A DNA stretch of 61,842 nt from Candidatus Poseidoniaceae archaeon (lineage in GTDB: Archaea > Thermoplasmatota > Poseidoniia > Poseidoniales > Poseidoniaceae). The notes under the pieces were generated by a model. The model was not told where the DNA came from, searched no databases, and was given only the letters and a program-made list of their open reading frames with translations. Below, in pieces: positions 1 to 10,239 of the stretch. The DNA is taken from positions 1 to 61,842 of the forward strand of contig CBFIIS010000002.1 of assembly GCA_965662715.1 (NCBI GenBank). The letters are read 5' to 3'. The translations under genes were made by a program, and so were the position numbers. How positions within the stretch are numbered: the stretch's first letter is position 1; each line of letters opens with the position of its first letter.

Positions 1-3000
1 AATGTGAGAAATCATCAGCATCAGAAATCGACCAAAGCACATCGATGGATGTACCATCGTCGTTCGGATGATCAAAGGCCTGGACAAACTCAGTTCGGTC
101 CGGTGGAGTCGGTTGACCGTTTTGATTTCGTAGCGGCGTTACTTCGACCAAATCCACATCGTCTAGGTTTGCGTTCAACCAGTCATCGTAGGCAACAACG
201 CCAACCAAGTACATTTGACCATCTTGGAGAGCGATGCCATCGATGCTCGTGACAAGGGTTGAATTTTCACTGCAATCGTTAATGATCTTCGCTTGACTAA
301 ACCCACTGCCTTCGGCGACAGAAGAGCCGGTAAGTTGTGCACCACTCGATTCGATCGTTCGCATGAAGATGGCATAGAAGGTACAGTCTTCTGCTGGATT
401 TACATCCCACGAGACCGTGATTCTACCACCGTCATCTTCAGGGGTGTCAACTGCGGCTACGTTTTCCATCTTTGGTGGAGCAGTGTTGTCATTGAGGCCA
501 CCCGTTGGGACAAATGGTCCAACGATCAGGGCGTTCATGATGTCCTCTTGTCCGGCTTCATCCACGCACGTGAGCCCAAGCCAGTAGGGTTGGCCAGGCG
601 AGAGCGAGAGCACGGTCGAGTTACCCTCCATTTTCATGACTTCACTTTCTGGAGTGAGACCTAGGACATCTGTCATCGGTTGAGTCGATGCGTAAATATT
701 GGTTTGGAGCAGATCAAGGCTGGTACAGCGCGACCATTCAACATCGAGATCGCCGTCTTCTCCACCATCATGTGGGCCAGCGTCAGCCCACACAGGCGGT
801 AATGGCACTTCGTCACTTGGTGATGCTGGGCCTAGGACTGCAGAGGGCGTACCAAGACGCCCATCGTCGTATTCAACAACGACCACAGCATAGTAGTCTG
901 TACCATCGACAAGGTCCACGCCATTAGCAGTTGTGACCTCGCTTGAGAGTCGGCTATGGAGGGAAATCGCCTTGTCGATGGTTCGTGTTTGAAGGAGATC
1001 TCCAGTGACGCCATTGGCCCCCCAAACAGGTCCATCATTGACATACACAAGGTATCGGGCAAAGTCATCATCGTGAACAAGGCTCCATTCCGCCATCAAT
1101 GCACCACCGCCATCATCGGGGCGATCAATGAGTTCTGACATCGCAATGGGTGTCTCGGTTTTGACGTAATCATAAATCAGACGCACATGCATGGATCCGT
1201 TGAGCGGAGAGCGGAGTGTTAACTGGACATATTGAGTGCCGTTGATGATGATGCCATTATCGACAGCCATTTGCATGGTTGTTTCAAAATCAGGGTTATT
1301 GTTGAGTTCAATTGTGGCGTTGTACTTCAAACTCACCGATTTGGCCCATGTCGCTGCATTATTGACGGGTGATGTAAAGGCCAGTGGAACGGTTTGGAAC
1401 AGAATACCATTCGCCCCAACCACCCCAAGTGTCGGGTCAAGGGTTGCCGTGTTCGTTGCATTCGCAAGAACGATTGGCATGCCAGGGTGAGTCATATCGC
1501 TAATGTCGGTGAATGCCAAGTTAAATCCAACATTCAATGGGTTCGCCTTTCGCAATGAAAACCGTTCAATTTCCTTGTACTGTGCATTGTTTTCATAGCC
1601 GAAGAGACCGATGTCACCGGTTGTCAGCCAAATGGTATCCGATGTGATCGTACCTCCAGTCATCCCACTGCCTTGGAACATTTTCAGTGTGGCGTGGGTT
1701 GGCGTGCGAGCGCTCAAAATCGAAGCACCATTGGCGCCAATCGTGAGCACATGATCGCCATCACTGACCATCTTTTGAATAGGCCATCCAGCAACTTGGA
1801 ACGACGGAACCCCGTCTTCAAATTGGTTTGACTGACCATTGTAATGGGTCATCGGCCCGATATCTGTGGCGATGTGAAGTCCCCACCAATCAGCTGCAAG
1901 TGCATCGACGGTGTTCGAAGATAACTGGTCAAATTTGTGCCATTCAATAGCACCATTGTCATCCATGCTTGTGACTCCAGGTCGTTCAGAGCCTGCTCCA
2001 TCATGTCCGATGAACAGCGTGGTTGAAGTTGATGTTGTACCGTCGTTGTTTTGAACGGTTTCAATAGCGGTGGTCAGCGATTGCGCTGAAGTTGCCATGA
2101 GGCCACTTCCGCTGTTGTAGACGGTTGTGGCGTTTGTTAACGTATCCATTTTGACAACACCTGCGGTCGTCGCCATCCAAAGGTCAGTTCCAACCATGAC
2201 CACGTCTTCAACCACATTTGTTGGCAACCCATCGCTGGTTGTGAGTGGATTCGCCCAGTCGTTCGTGTTGTAGTCCCACCGACCAATACCGCCATTCGTA
2301 GCGATGTAAAGCATGGTGGAGGATTCGGTGAATGCATTGATGCTGTTTGAAGGCAATCCGCCGAGCAATCTTCCATTTCCAAACCCAGTGCCGGGCGTGT
2401 AGATTTGCACGCCAGCAGCAGATCCAGAACTCCCTTGCAAACCGATAATCAAATCGTTTCCAACAACGAAGAGCCCATCCATATTGCTGTGGAGTCCACC
2501 GTTTATGCGGGTTAAGGTTCCTGTGAGGGTGTCGAGTTTGTACAAGCCTGTTGGCGTCGTTGTGATGTAAAGGTCAGTTCCAATCAGTTCTGTGTCTTTG
2601 ACGACAGAATTTGCAGTCATTGTCCATCCTTGCTGCCAATCAACTGTACCATCCGCTTGGCGTTCTCCTTGAAGCAACCCTGCTCCGGCAGACCCTCCCC
2701 CGTTTCCAAAGCCTTGGCTGGCTCCTTGGGTTGCCACCCATAGATGAGTGCCATTACCTGCCATACTCGTCACTTGCCCACTGACAAGTCCAGGGAAATC
2801 AAGCAATGTGTTTTGCCCGAGCGAACTCACAGTATCGACGTGGCTGTAGCCAGAAGAGCCGCCGGCTTGACCTATGAGCCATTCACTTCCAAGCCATTGG
2901 AATGAAGTCACAGAGGAACCTTGGCCGTTGAAGTTCACTTGAGCAGTCGAGCCACCAGATGTGGCAACAGCGCTGTAGCCGCCACCGATGATGTTATCGC

Positions 3001-6000
3001 CGCTTGTACCAATTCCGTGGCCAAGCACGAGCATGCTGTTGGAATAATCGATGGCGTCCCACCACACTCGGTCGCTCGGTAAATTGTGATTTGTTGTCGT
3101 GATTGGGTTAAGCCAACTGTTTGAGGCATAGCTGTATTTCTTGACATCTGCTTCATCTTCGTAGAACGCCACGTAGAGGGTGCCTGCACCATCACATGCA
3201 ACGCCAGAAACTTCACCGTAATCTTCACTCCAATCGCTTCGAGTGAAGGTGCCAAGGAACGAGTCGTTGGCCATATCGAATCGTGCTACGCCACCGTTGT
3301 TGGCATAAATTCCGATGTGAAGCAAGCCATCACATTCTGTCATGGTGATCGGGTATCCGTTTGGCACGCCGTTTGACCCTGTTTCATAGTTGTTCCATGT
3401 CCCCCCATCCCAATGGGAAATCGCTCCATTTCTAAACTGGCCAAATCCATTGAGTTCACCACTGCCGACGACCAAGTCGGTACCATCGGTCCACAGTTCG
3501 TAAATTTGTTCTCCTGCATCGCTTGGCAGACCAGATCCAGGTGTCCAAGTTGAGGACCAAGTGCCCGTAGATTCATCAAAACGAGCCACACCATCTTCGG
3601 TAGCAAACAGAACTTCGCCGTCATATTCTATGATTTCACGGATAGGGAAGTCGAAGTCGTCTTCGTCCCATTCTCCGAGCATTGTGCCGTTTGCTGCCAT
3701 GTACTGGAGTGAATTTTCACCCCACGAGACCCACATATTTCCGCTCGTCGCTTCGTACGCAGTCACGCGGTCAACTTGCCCAATCGGGAGAATGTTATCG
3801 CCCCACGAATTGCTGCTTGTGTTCCATTGTGCGATGCCACCTGAGCCATCAACTTGCCACCAGTTTTGGGATGCAACACTGATCATGATGATGTCATCAA
3901 TAAGCCCCATTCCGTTCACGTCGCCATTGTTTTGACCAACTTGAGCCCCTGCATCTAGTGCGGAAAGGGATGTGAAGTTTCGAGCATTAAATCGGTATAG
4001 GTTGTCGCTGCTTGCCCCATCGTGGTAGTACATGATATCCCCTTTGAGGATCATGTCAAGTGGGTCGCCGTTTCCAGCAAATAGGCTACTTGACTTTTCG
4101 ATGTCATACACCTCGTTTCCAGTCGTAGCGTTGAGCAATTGGAATCCGTCAGCGCCTCCAATCCAAATGTAATTTGGATTGACATCCACTGAAAGTGCAG
4201 TTGCATCTTCATTGCCATTGTCGAGGTAATTATCGTCTGTCCAAAGGGTAAGCCACTCGTTATTTGTGATGTCATAACGAGCGATGCCAATGCCGTCAAG
4301 AGCAATGAATGCAACATCACCGACCACGACCACAGGTGCGTTGTTGGTCTGTTCACCAGCAGTCCACTCTCCAACCACGTCGAATGGTGAAATGGAGATG
4401 ATGCCAACACCTGAATTTGTTCCACCAAACAAGTAGGTGTTCGAGACGCCAACACCCACAGAATAGGTTGCCCAATTTGGCATGCCGTCATAGACATTCA
4501 AACACTCTTCAATGTCGATGGTTGAGGTTGGGAATTCACAGACGCCAATGTTGGTTGCTGCATATACATTTGATCCCACGACGACGAAATCAAAGAATTG
4601 TTGTGGCCGCTCATCCCACTGACGCCCGAGCTGGAATGAACTGGAACTGGATGTACTTTCATCCCATTCAATAGCACCATTGTTGGTACCGATGTAGAGA
4701 AGGTTGCCGTTTGCTTCGAGGGAATAAATCGTGTCGCTTGGAAGCACTCCAATGGTGCCAAATTCAGTGAGTGGGAGCAAGATTTCATTGGTCACCAAAT
4801 CTTTTCGCGCCACCCCATATCCAGGGATTCCGAAATACAAGATATCGCCCACAACAGCAACAGGCACATCGTTTGCGCCGTTGATGCCTGTAGAGATCCA
4901 CGGGGTCAACCACGTGTCGTTGGTGATGTCATACCGAAGAAGGCCATCGTTTTGAGTACCAACATATGCGATTTCGTTGTGAATCGCAGCATCGGTCACC
5001 GTCCCCTGACTAAGGGCGAGTGACTCGAACACGACCGGAAGGGAGCCGGTGAGGTTGATGGCCACAAATTCGCCATAGAATTCATTCAGTACGACGACTG
5101 TAGAACCATCTGATTGTACAACATCCACTTCATTTCCAGACAAGTCGGTGTTGGAAGTGTCCCATGTTTGGAGGACGGTTCCATTGCTGTGCATTTGATG
5201 CGCACCATTGCCTGCAGCGATGTAGACATGGTTTCCGTCCGTGCTGAGCCGAGCGATGTCAGCCCCGATAAACACCGGTTCAATCCAGCGCGAGGCTTGC
5301 GTATCGAATCGATTGAGATACTGGTCATCAGTCGCTACGAAGAGCACTCCGTCCAATTCGGTAGCATCAATCATTTGGCCAGACGTAGGGCCACTTCCCA
5401 GCAGCAAAACGCCAGTGTTGAGTGGTGTCGAACCAGGGGTGAGTTCAACCAAAGCACCATTGCCATCGCTGACCAAAATGAGTTCTGTAGAAGGAGATCT
5501 CTCTCCACCGTTTGGCCACATAAGCAGTCCTTGGCCGTTGTTAGCAAGGCCAAAAGCATCGAGGGATTGAGAGCCTGAAAACACATTGCTTGCGGTGTTG
5601 TATGTGTGCAAAGAGTCGCCGTTCAAGATGTAGAGCGTATTGCCAGAGCGGGCAAGTCCAGCGATGTCATTGCTCGCCAGCCAGTTTCCATCGTTCCAAG
5701 TTGACAGCCAGAATCCCGAACTCCAATCATATCGAGCCAATCCCGCATCAGGTGAGGCGAAGAGAAGTTGATTTCCTGAAAGAGCGATTTCAACAATTTC
5801 ATCCGAATGCAAACTGTTCGCAGTTGACCAGGTCGAAAGTAACTGGCCACTTGAAAGGTCATATCGAGCCACACCACCATCATCCATTGACACATACAGA
5901 ATTCCATCGACTTCAATCATTGCTAAAGCCGCGCCGTTCATGTCCGCAACGTTGGCCCATGAGCCGCCATTCCACAACATAAGTTCGTCTTGATTCGCTG

Positions 6001-6859
6001 CATAGACATCGCCTGTGCTGGCCAAGGCGAATTGATTGAATTGAATATAATTAGGATCTGATGCATCCGGAAGCACCGTTTGAGAACTTGAATCGGTGAG
6101 TGACATCGCAAAGAACCCATCTTCTTCAGTCAGCATGTGAATGAGGTTATTTGTAACATCAATCTCCATGTCGATGACATCGCTTTCAAACTCAAGCATG
6201 TCGATGATTGGCGGATCGTTATTGTAGTCTAAGACAAGAACATCGTCAAGGATGGCGATGTACATTCGCCCGTCATATGGATGGATGACATGGGTTTGAA
6301 TGGCCAAATCGATCGGTTCGAAGGAAACTGCAGGGTCGACTGGTGCTAAGGCTTCAATCACCAACTCGGTGATTTCCGCATCGGATGGCAGGGTCCATGT
6401 TGCCCCCGAATCGCTGTTTGGTGCAAGCCTTCCTTCGTGTGGGTTTGTGCCTTCGAATGAATCTGCAGCACCGAAGGTCCCTAATCCTCGCCAATCGAGG
6501 AGGTTAATTCCGATATCACTCGCAACGAGCATTGGCTCTTCAATCATCAAACCGTCGCTGCCATCAACTCGCACTTGGAACGAAACATTGGACAAATCAG
6601 CACCCGGGGCAAATTCAAGGGTCCAATCTGCTGTTGCTTGACCGCCGGTCAAAGGGTTCGCACCCGTCGCATCCAACTGCACCCAACCAGTGTCGTTGCT
6701 ACCCGATTTGGGCCAGATGGTATCATTGGCAGATTCATGTGCAGATGCGCCTGGAATCATCATCATCGGAGCGACTGAAGAACAGAGCATCAAAGCGACC
6801 AACAGGACGGCTCTTTTGCCGGCCGCGCCGGGGGAAAATAGAGCAATGACTGGCTTCAT
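1..6859 (-). CDS. Giant secreted surface protein, C-terminus cut by the window edge (>2,285 codons): signal peptide, beta-propeller-type GLxRYD...W repeats, C-proximal FN3-like DDGG...W modules
   Basis: Absent from the ORF track because no stop lies inside the window. Minus-strand ATG at 6859-6857; hand translation gives MKPVIALFSPGAAGKRAVLLVALMLCSSVAPMMMIPGASAHESANDTIWPK (signal-peptide-like). The frame was open in every stretch I translated (6859-6360, 5940-5821, 5760-5701, 4960-4901, 1140-961, 780-721, 480-361, 300-2). No complete ORF is listed in this frame, although one would be if a stop existed. Propeller-like repeats: DDGGVARYDLSSGQLLSTW (5828-5884), DAGLARYDWSSGFWLS (5702-5749), NDGLLRYDITNDTWLTP (4901-4951). 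FN3-like modules: PDDGGGALMAEWSLVHDDDFARYLVYV (1040-1120), HDGGEDGDLDVEWS (731-772), EDDGGRITVSWDVNPAEDCTFYAIFM (362-439), NDDGTSIDVLWSISDADDF (8-64). Confidence 0.8.
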   Translation of the reverse strand, partial: MKPVIALFSPGAAGKRAVLLVALMLCSSVAPMMMIPGASAHESANDTIWPKSGSNDTGWVQLDATGANPLTGGQATADWTLEFAPGADLSNVSFQVRVDGSDGLMIEEPMLVASDIGINLLDWRGLGTFGAADSFEGTNPHEGRLAPNSDSGATWTLPSDAEITELVIEALAPVDPAVSFEPIDLAIQTHVIHPYDGRMYIAILDDVLVLDYNNDPPIIDMLEFESDVIDMEIDVTNNLIHMLTEEDGFFAMSLTDSSSQTVLPDASDPNYIQFNQFALASTGDVYAANQDELMLWNGGSWANVADMNGAALAMIEVDGILYVSMDDGGVARYDLSSGQLLSTWSTANSLHSDEIVEIALSGNQLLFASPDAGLARYDWSSGFWLSTWNDGNWLASNDIAGLARSGNTLYILNGDSLHTYNTASNVFSGSQSLDAFGLANNGQGLLMWPNGGERSPSTELILVSDGNGALVELTPGSTPLNTGVLLLGSGPTSGQMIDATELDGVLFVATDDQYLNRFDTQASRWIEPVFIGADIARLSTDGNHVYIAAGNGAHQMHSNGTVLQTWDTSNTDLSGNEVDVVQSDGSTVVVLNEFYGEFVAINLTGSLPVVFESLALSQGTVTDAAIHNEIAYVGTQNDGLLRYDITNDTWLTPWISTGINGANDVPVAVVGDILYFGIPGYGVARKDLVTNEILLPLTEFGTIGVLPSDTIYSLEANGNLLYIGTNNGAIEWDESTSSSSSFQLGRQWDERPQQFFDFVVVGSNVYAATNIGVCEFPTSTIDIEECLNVYDGMPNWATYSVGVGVSNTYLFGGTNSGVGIISISPFDVVGEWTAGEQTNNAPVVVVGDVAFIALDGIGIARYDITNNEWLTLWTDDNYLDNGNEDATALSVDVNPNYIWIGGADGFQLLNATTGNEVYDIEKSSSLFAGNGDPLDMILKGDIMYYHDGASSDNLYRFNARNFTSLSALDAGAQVGQNNGDVNGMGLIDDIIMISVASQNWWQVDGSGGIAQWNTSSNSWGDNILPIGQVDRVTAYEATSGNMWVSWGENSLQYMAANGTMLGEWDEDDFDFPIREIIEYDGEVLFATEDGVARFDESTGTWSSTWTPGSGLPSDAGEQIYELWTDGTDLVVGSGELNGFGQFRNGAISHWDGGTWNNYETGSNGVPNGYPITMTECDGLLHIGIYANNGGVARFDMANDSFLGTFTRSDWSEDYGEVSGVACDGAGTLYVAFYEDEADVKKYSYASNSWLNPITTTNHNLPSDRVWWDAIDYSNSMLVLGHGIGTSGDNIIGGGYSAVATSGGSTAQVNFNGQGSSVTSFQWLGSEWLIGQAGGSSGYSHVDTVSSLGQNTLLDFPGLVSGQVTSMAGNGTHLWVATQGASQGFGNGGGSAGAGLLQGERQADGTVDWQQGWTMTANSVVKDTELIGTDLYITTTPTGLYKLDTLTGTLTRINGGLHSNMDGLFVVGNDLIIGLQGSSGSAAGVQIYTPGTGFGNGRLLGGLPSNSINAFTESSTMLYIATNGGIGRWDYNTNDWANPLTTSDGLPTNVVEDVVMVGTDLWMATTAGVVKMDTLTNATTVYNSGSGLMATSAQSLTTAIETVQNNDGTTSTSTTLFIGHDGAGSERPGVTSMDDNGAIEWHKFDQLSSNTVDALAADWWGLHIATDIGPMTHYNGQSNQFEDGVPSFQVAGWPIQKMVSDGDHVLTIGANGASILSARTPTHATLKMFQGSGMTGGTITSDTIWLTTGDIGLFGYENNAQYKEIERFSLRKANPLNVGFNLAFTDISDMTHPGMPIVLANATNTATLDPTLGVVGANGILFQTVPLAFTSPVNNAATWAKSVSLKYNATIELNNNPDFETTMQMAVDNGIIINGTQYVQLTLRSPLNGSMHVRLIYDYVKTETPIAMSELIDRPDDGGGALMAEWSLVHDDDFARYLVYVNDGPVWGANGVTGDLLQTRTIDKAISLHSRLSSEVTTANGVDLVDGTDYYAVVVVEYDDGRLGTPSAVLGPASPSDEVPLPPVWADAGPHDGGEDGDLDVEWSRCTSLDLLQTNIYASTQPMTDVLGLTPESEVMKMEGNSTVLSLSPGQPYWLGLTCVDEAGQEDIMNALIVGPFVPTGGLNDNTAPPKMENVAAVDTPEDDGGRITVSWDVNPAEDCTFYAIFMRTIESSGAQLTGSSVAEGSGFSQAKIINDCSENSTLVTSIDGIALQDGQMYLVGVVAYDDWLNANLDDVDLVEVTPLRNQNGQPTPPDRTEFVQAFDHPNDDGTSIDVLWSISDADDFSH

Positions 6860-7071
6860 ATTGGTTAGGGGACTTTTGGGGTATTTGAACGCGGCCCTTG
6901 GTCGTGCACTACATTCTTCACTTGAACAACTCAAAAAATAGAGATTTAGAGTGAAAATGAAGATTTTGCAACCATCATGGTGGAGTCTGAGAGCATTGCT
7001 TTTCCTCATCCTTGGTTCCTCGGACACACAACACTCAAACACCGAACCACATTCGTTGGAATCGATTGCCT

Positions 7072-9393
7072 ATGAATCGGGAGAAGAAGGAGCGCCTGCT
7101 CAAGAAGGAAGCTCTCGAATATCACGAGGCCGAACCACAGGGCAAAATCAAGGTCGTTCCTACCAAACCACACAGCACTGCTTATGAATTGAGTTTGGCA
7201 TATTCGCCGGGTGTAGCTTACCCCTGTCTTGAAATAGCCGACAAACCAGAAGATGCATACCGCTATACTTCGAAGGGCAACTTGGTGGCTGTTATTTCCA
7301 ACGGGACTGCCGTGCTTGGATTGGGCAACATCGGAGCGCTCGCAAGCAAGCCTGTGATGGAAGGCAAAGGGCTTCTTCTCAAAACATTCGCAGATATTGA
7401 CGTGTTTGATATCGAAGTCGACACTGAAGATCCAGAGGCGTTCATAGAAACAGTTGTCAATATCGCCAAGACGTTTGGAGGTATCAATCTCGAGGACATC
7501 AAAGCGCCTGAATGCTTTGAGATTGAACGCCGTATTGCTGAGGCCACCGACATACCAGTGATGCATGATGATCAGCATGGAACTGCAATTATCTCTGCTG
7601 CTGCATTGTTGAACGCTGTTGAGTTACAAGACAAGAAGCTCTCTGAGATCAACGTGGTGGTTATTGGAGCAGGTGCAAGCGCAATTGCTTGCGCAAATCA
7701 TTACGTCGCGATAGGCGTCAGTAGATCGAACATCGCTATGGTTGACAGCAAAGGCATTGTCACGAAAGCAAGGCTCGAAGCGGGAGAATTGAACGAATAC
7801 AAGGCGCCTTTTGCCCATGATCGTGAACCCGGGGATTTGTCCGACGCCCTGAATGGGGCCGATGTCATGCTTGGTCTTTCACGCGGCGGATTGGTCAGCA
7901 AGGAAATGATTGCGACCATGGCCCCAAACCCAATCATATTCGCTTTGGCCAATCCTACTCCAGAAATTCTCCCCGAAGAAATTCTCGAGGTGCGCAACGA
8001 CGCTATCGTTGCGACAGGGCGTTCAGATTATCCAAATCAAGTCAACAATGTCCTTGGGTTCCCTTACATCTTCCGGGGAGCACTTGATGTTCGAGCAACA
8101 GACATCACTCAAGGCATGAAAATGGCGGCCACCCGGGCCCTCGCAGCTCTTGCCAAGGAACCGGTTCCCGATTACATTTCAGCAGCATATGATGGGGCTG
8201 TCATGCAATATGGTCCAGAATACATCATTCCAAAACCATTTGATCGCAGAGTCCTGCTTTGGGAAGCATCAGCCGTTGCACAAGCAGCGGTGGATGAAGG
8301 CATTGCTCGTGTGGCGGTTGATGATTTTTCCATCAACGACTACAGAGAAGAACTCGAGGCGCGTTTGGGCCAATCCTACTCCATCATGCGCCATGTCATC
8401 AACCAAGTTCGCGGGCGTGGAAAGCGGATTGTGTTCCCTGAAGGCGATAATGAAATGGTCATCAGAGCAGCAGCTCAATTGGCCGAGCAGAAAATCTGTC
8501 ATCCAATCCTTCTTGGCCCCGAAGACCGCATACATCGCATGGTTGAAGAGCTCAGCCTTCAATTTGAATACGAAGTCTTCGATCCTCGCAAAGATCCACG
8601 TCGAAAGGGCATCTATTCCCAGTCGATGCTGAACCGTCGTAATCGTAAAGGAATGACCGTCGTCGATGCAGCACGTCTTCTCAAATCCCGGCCATACTTT
8701 GCAAGCCAAATGGTCGCTAATGGGGATGCAGATGGATTTGTAGGAGGCGTTTCTCGAAATTATGCGGATGTTCTGCGCCCAACACTTGAATTGATTGGAC
8801 CAGCAGATGATGCACACTGCATTGTTGGATGCTACATGATGAACGTCAAAGGTCGTACTATTTTCCTTGCCGATGCCACCGTGAACGTATATCCAGACAG
8901 TCGCACGCTGGCAGAAATCGCAGTACAAACTGCAAAGGTGGCTCGTCGATTTGGCGTTGATCCTGTTGTTGCCATGCTTTCATTCTCAAACTTCGGCAGC
9001 AGCCGAGCACAACGTTCTGAACGAATCGAGGACGCCATTGAATTTGCTCGTGAACTCGACCCTTCACTTGTCATAGACGGGCCAATGCAGGCAGACACTG
9101 CCCTGAATGGAGACGTGCAAGGTGAGTACCCATTCATGGAATTCACCGGTGCTGCCAATGTGTTGGTATTGCCCAACCTTGCAGCTGCCAACATTGCTTA
9201 CAAGTTGCTCGAAGAATTGGGTGATGCAGAAATGACTGGGCCAATATTGGAGGGTATGGACCAACCTGTCCAACTTGTCGCCCGCCGAGACGGCGTACGC
9301 CATATTGTGAATATGGCTGCAATTTGTGCTGCTGATGCGATTCGCCAGGAACCATACTGGGAAAGCCTGGTTGATCCAGTTGAAGAAGACTAA
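7072..9393 (+). CDS. maeB: NADP-dependent malic enzyme, MaeB-type (malic enzyme domains fused to a phosphotransacetylase-like C-terminal domain)
   Basis: ORF 7012..9393. Motifs YSPGVAYPC, HDDQHGTAIIS, Rossmann VVIGAGASAIACAN, then PTA-like RIVFPEGDNEMVIRAAAQLAEQKICHPILLG. Start placed at the internal ATG 7072 (MNREKKERLLKKEALEYH); 7012 remains possible. Confidence 0.9.
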   Translation: MNREKKERLLKKEALEYHEAEPQGKIKVVPTKPHSTAYELSLAYSPGVAYPCLEIADKPEDAYRYTSKGNLVAVISNGTAVLGLGNIGALASKPVMEGKGLLLKTFADIDVFDIEVDTEDPEAFIETVVNIAKTFGGINLEDIKAPECFEIERRIAEATDIPVMHDDQHGTAIISAAALLNAVELQDKKLSEINVVVIGAGASAIACANHYVAIGVSRSNIAMVDSKGIVTKARLEAGELNEYKAPFAHDREPGDLSDALNGADVMLGLSRGGLVSKEMIATMAPNPIIFALANPTPEILPEEILEVRNDAIVATGRSDYPNQVNNVLGFPYIFRGALDVRATDITQGMKMAATRALAALAKEPVPDYISAAYDGAVMQYGPEYIIPKPFDRRVLLWEASAVAQAAVDEGIARVAVDDFSINDYREELEARLGQSYSIMRHVINQVRGRGKRIVFPEGDNEMVIRAAAQLAEQKICHPILLGPEDRIHRMVEELSLQFEYEVFDPRKDPRRKGIYSQSMLNRRNRKGMTVVDAARLLKSRPYFASQMVANGDADGFVGGVSRNYADVLRPTLELIGPADDAHCIVGCYMMNVKGRTIFLADATVNVYPDSRTLAEIAVQTAKVARRFGVDPVVAMLSFSNFGSSRAQRSERIEDAIEFARELDPSLVIDGPMQADTALNGDVQGEYPFMEFTGAANVLVLPNLAAANIAYKLLEELGDAEMTGPILEGMDQPVQLVARRDGVRHIVNMAAICAADAIRQEPYWESLVDPVEED

Positions 9394-9396
9394 CCA

Positions 9397-10230
9397 TCAT
9401 CCTTCGCGATGGTGCACTGTGGGTCGCCGTGGTCGCCAAAACGCACCGGTCACAAATCCTGCGCAAAGCCCACCAAAGAGCAGGTTAGCCCAACCTGAAA
9501 CAGCATAATCGCTCATGCCTCTCAAGATTGGAATGACAAACGAAGGAATGACGCCCAACACGAAGATGCATATCACTTCGGTGCGGATATTTGCGATCAT
9601 ATCAGCAGATTCTGGGACCCGTTGAGGTTCACCCTCACGAACGGGGGTGATGACCAATCGGGCTTTCACGCCTTTAATCGGGCGATCGAGTGGGACGCTT
9701 GAGAGGGCCGTAATGCCTTCTTTGGAAGGGTGAGTTTCGATGGCAGCTCTATGAAATGCCATTGGGCCGATGCCTTCGAATCGCCGAGGTCGCCCATCCA
9801 TCATGGCGCCACGATAATTGGAATTGACCGCGTCGGCCAAGACTTCGATCTGTTTTTTGTCGAGCCCAAGTCCGATGGTGGATTCAGCACACCTCCACTC
9901 TGCTTCCGACGGGCACCTAATCTCCCATCGCTGATGTTCATCCAATCCATCGATTCCGGAATCAAGAAGCGATTGGCCAGCTTTCATGATTGACTTGAGT
10001 GCATCTGCAGTGACTTGGAATTCATCGTTTCGTTCATTCTCTCCTGCATTGATCATTGAGTCATATCCAGCAGCGTTGATCGGCTCTTTCATGATGTAAA
10101 ATGCTGGTAGTCGGACCTCATGTCTGGGCCTTTGGCTCGTGTAAATCCAACCACCTTTGTCGGTTCCAAGGTACAATGATTGAGCCTCAACACGCTGAAA
10201 TCTGAGCCCACCAAGCGTGATGTGTTCCAA
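9397..10230 (-). CDS. Membrane-anchored protein with FGE-sulfatase (SUMF1)-like domain
   Basis: 277 aa. RPRHEVRLPAFYIMKEPI and CPSEAEWRCAES resemble the FGE-sulfatase family pattern. Two C-terminal hydrophobic helices (VICIFVLGVIPSFVIPIL, WANLLFGGLCAGFVTGAFW). Confidence 0.5.
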   Translation of the reverse strand: MEHITLGGLRFQRVEAQSLYLGTDKGGWIYTSQRPRHEVRLPAFYIMKEPINAAGYDSMINAGENERNDEFQVTADALKSIMKAGQSLLDSGIDGLDEHQRWEIRCPSEAEWRCAESTIGLGLDKKQIEVLADAVNSNYRGAMMDGRPRRFEGIGPMAFHRAAIETHPSKEGITALSSVPLDRPIKGVKARLVITPVREGEPQRVPESADMIANIRTEVICIFVLGVIPSFVIPILRGMSDYAVSGWANLLFGGLCAGFVTGAFWRPRRPTVHHREG

Positions 10231-10239
10231 CGCAATCCC

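Noticed and set aside
4-6849. About 45 short ORFs (60-154 aa) listed on both strands across the first 6.8 kb
   Set aside because: All lie in frames other than the continuous minus-strand frame that starts at 6859. Their translations are compositionally odd (Cys/Trp/His/Arg/Ser/Pro-rich). The giant frame gives coherent repeat-protein sequence, so these are shadow ORFs.
7006-8928. Antisense ORFs 7006..7578 (190 aa), 7263..7553, 7701..7997 and 8269..8928 (219 aa) inside maeB
   Set aside because: They fully overlap a confidently identified malic enzyme gene on the opposite strand and carry no motifs.
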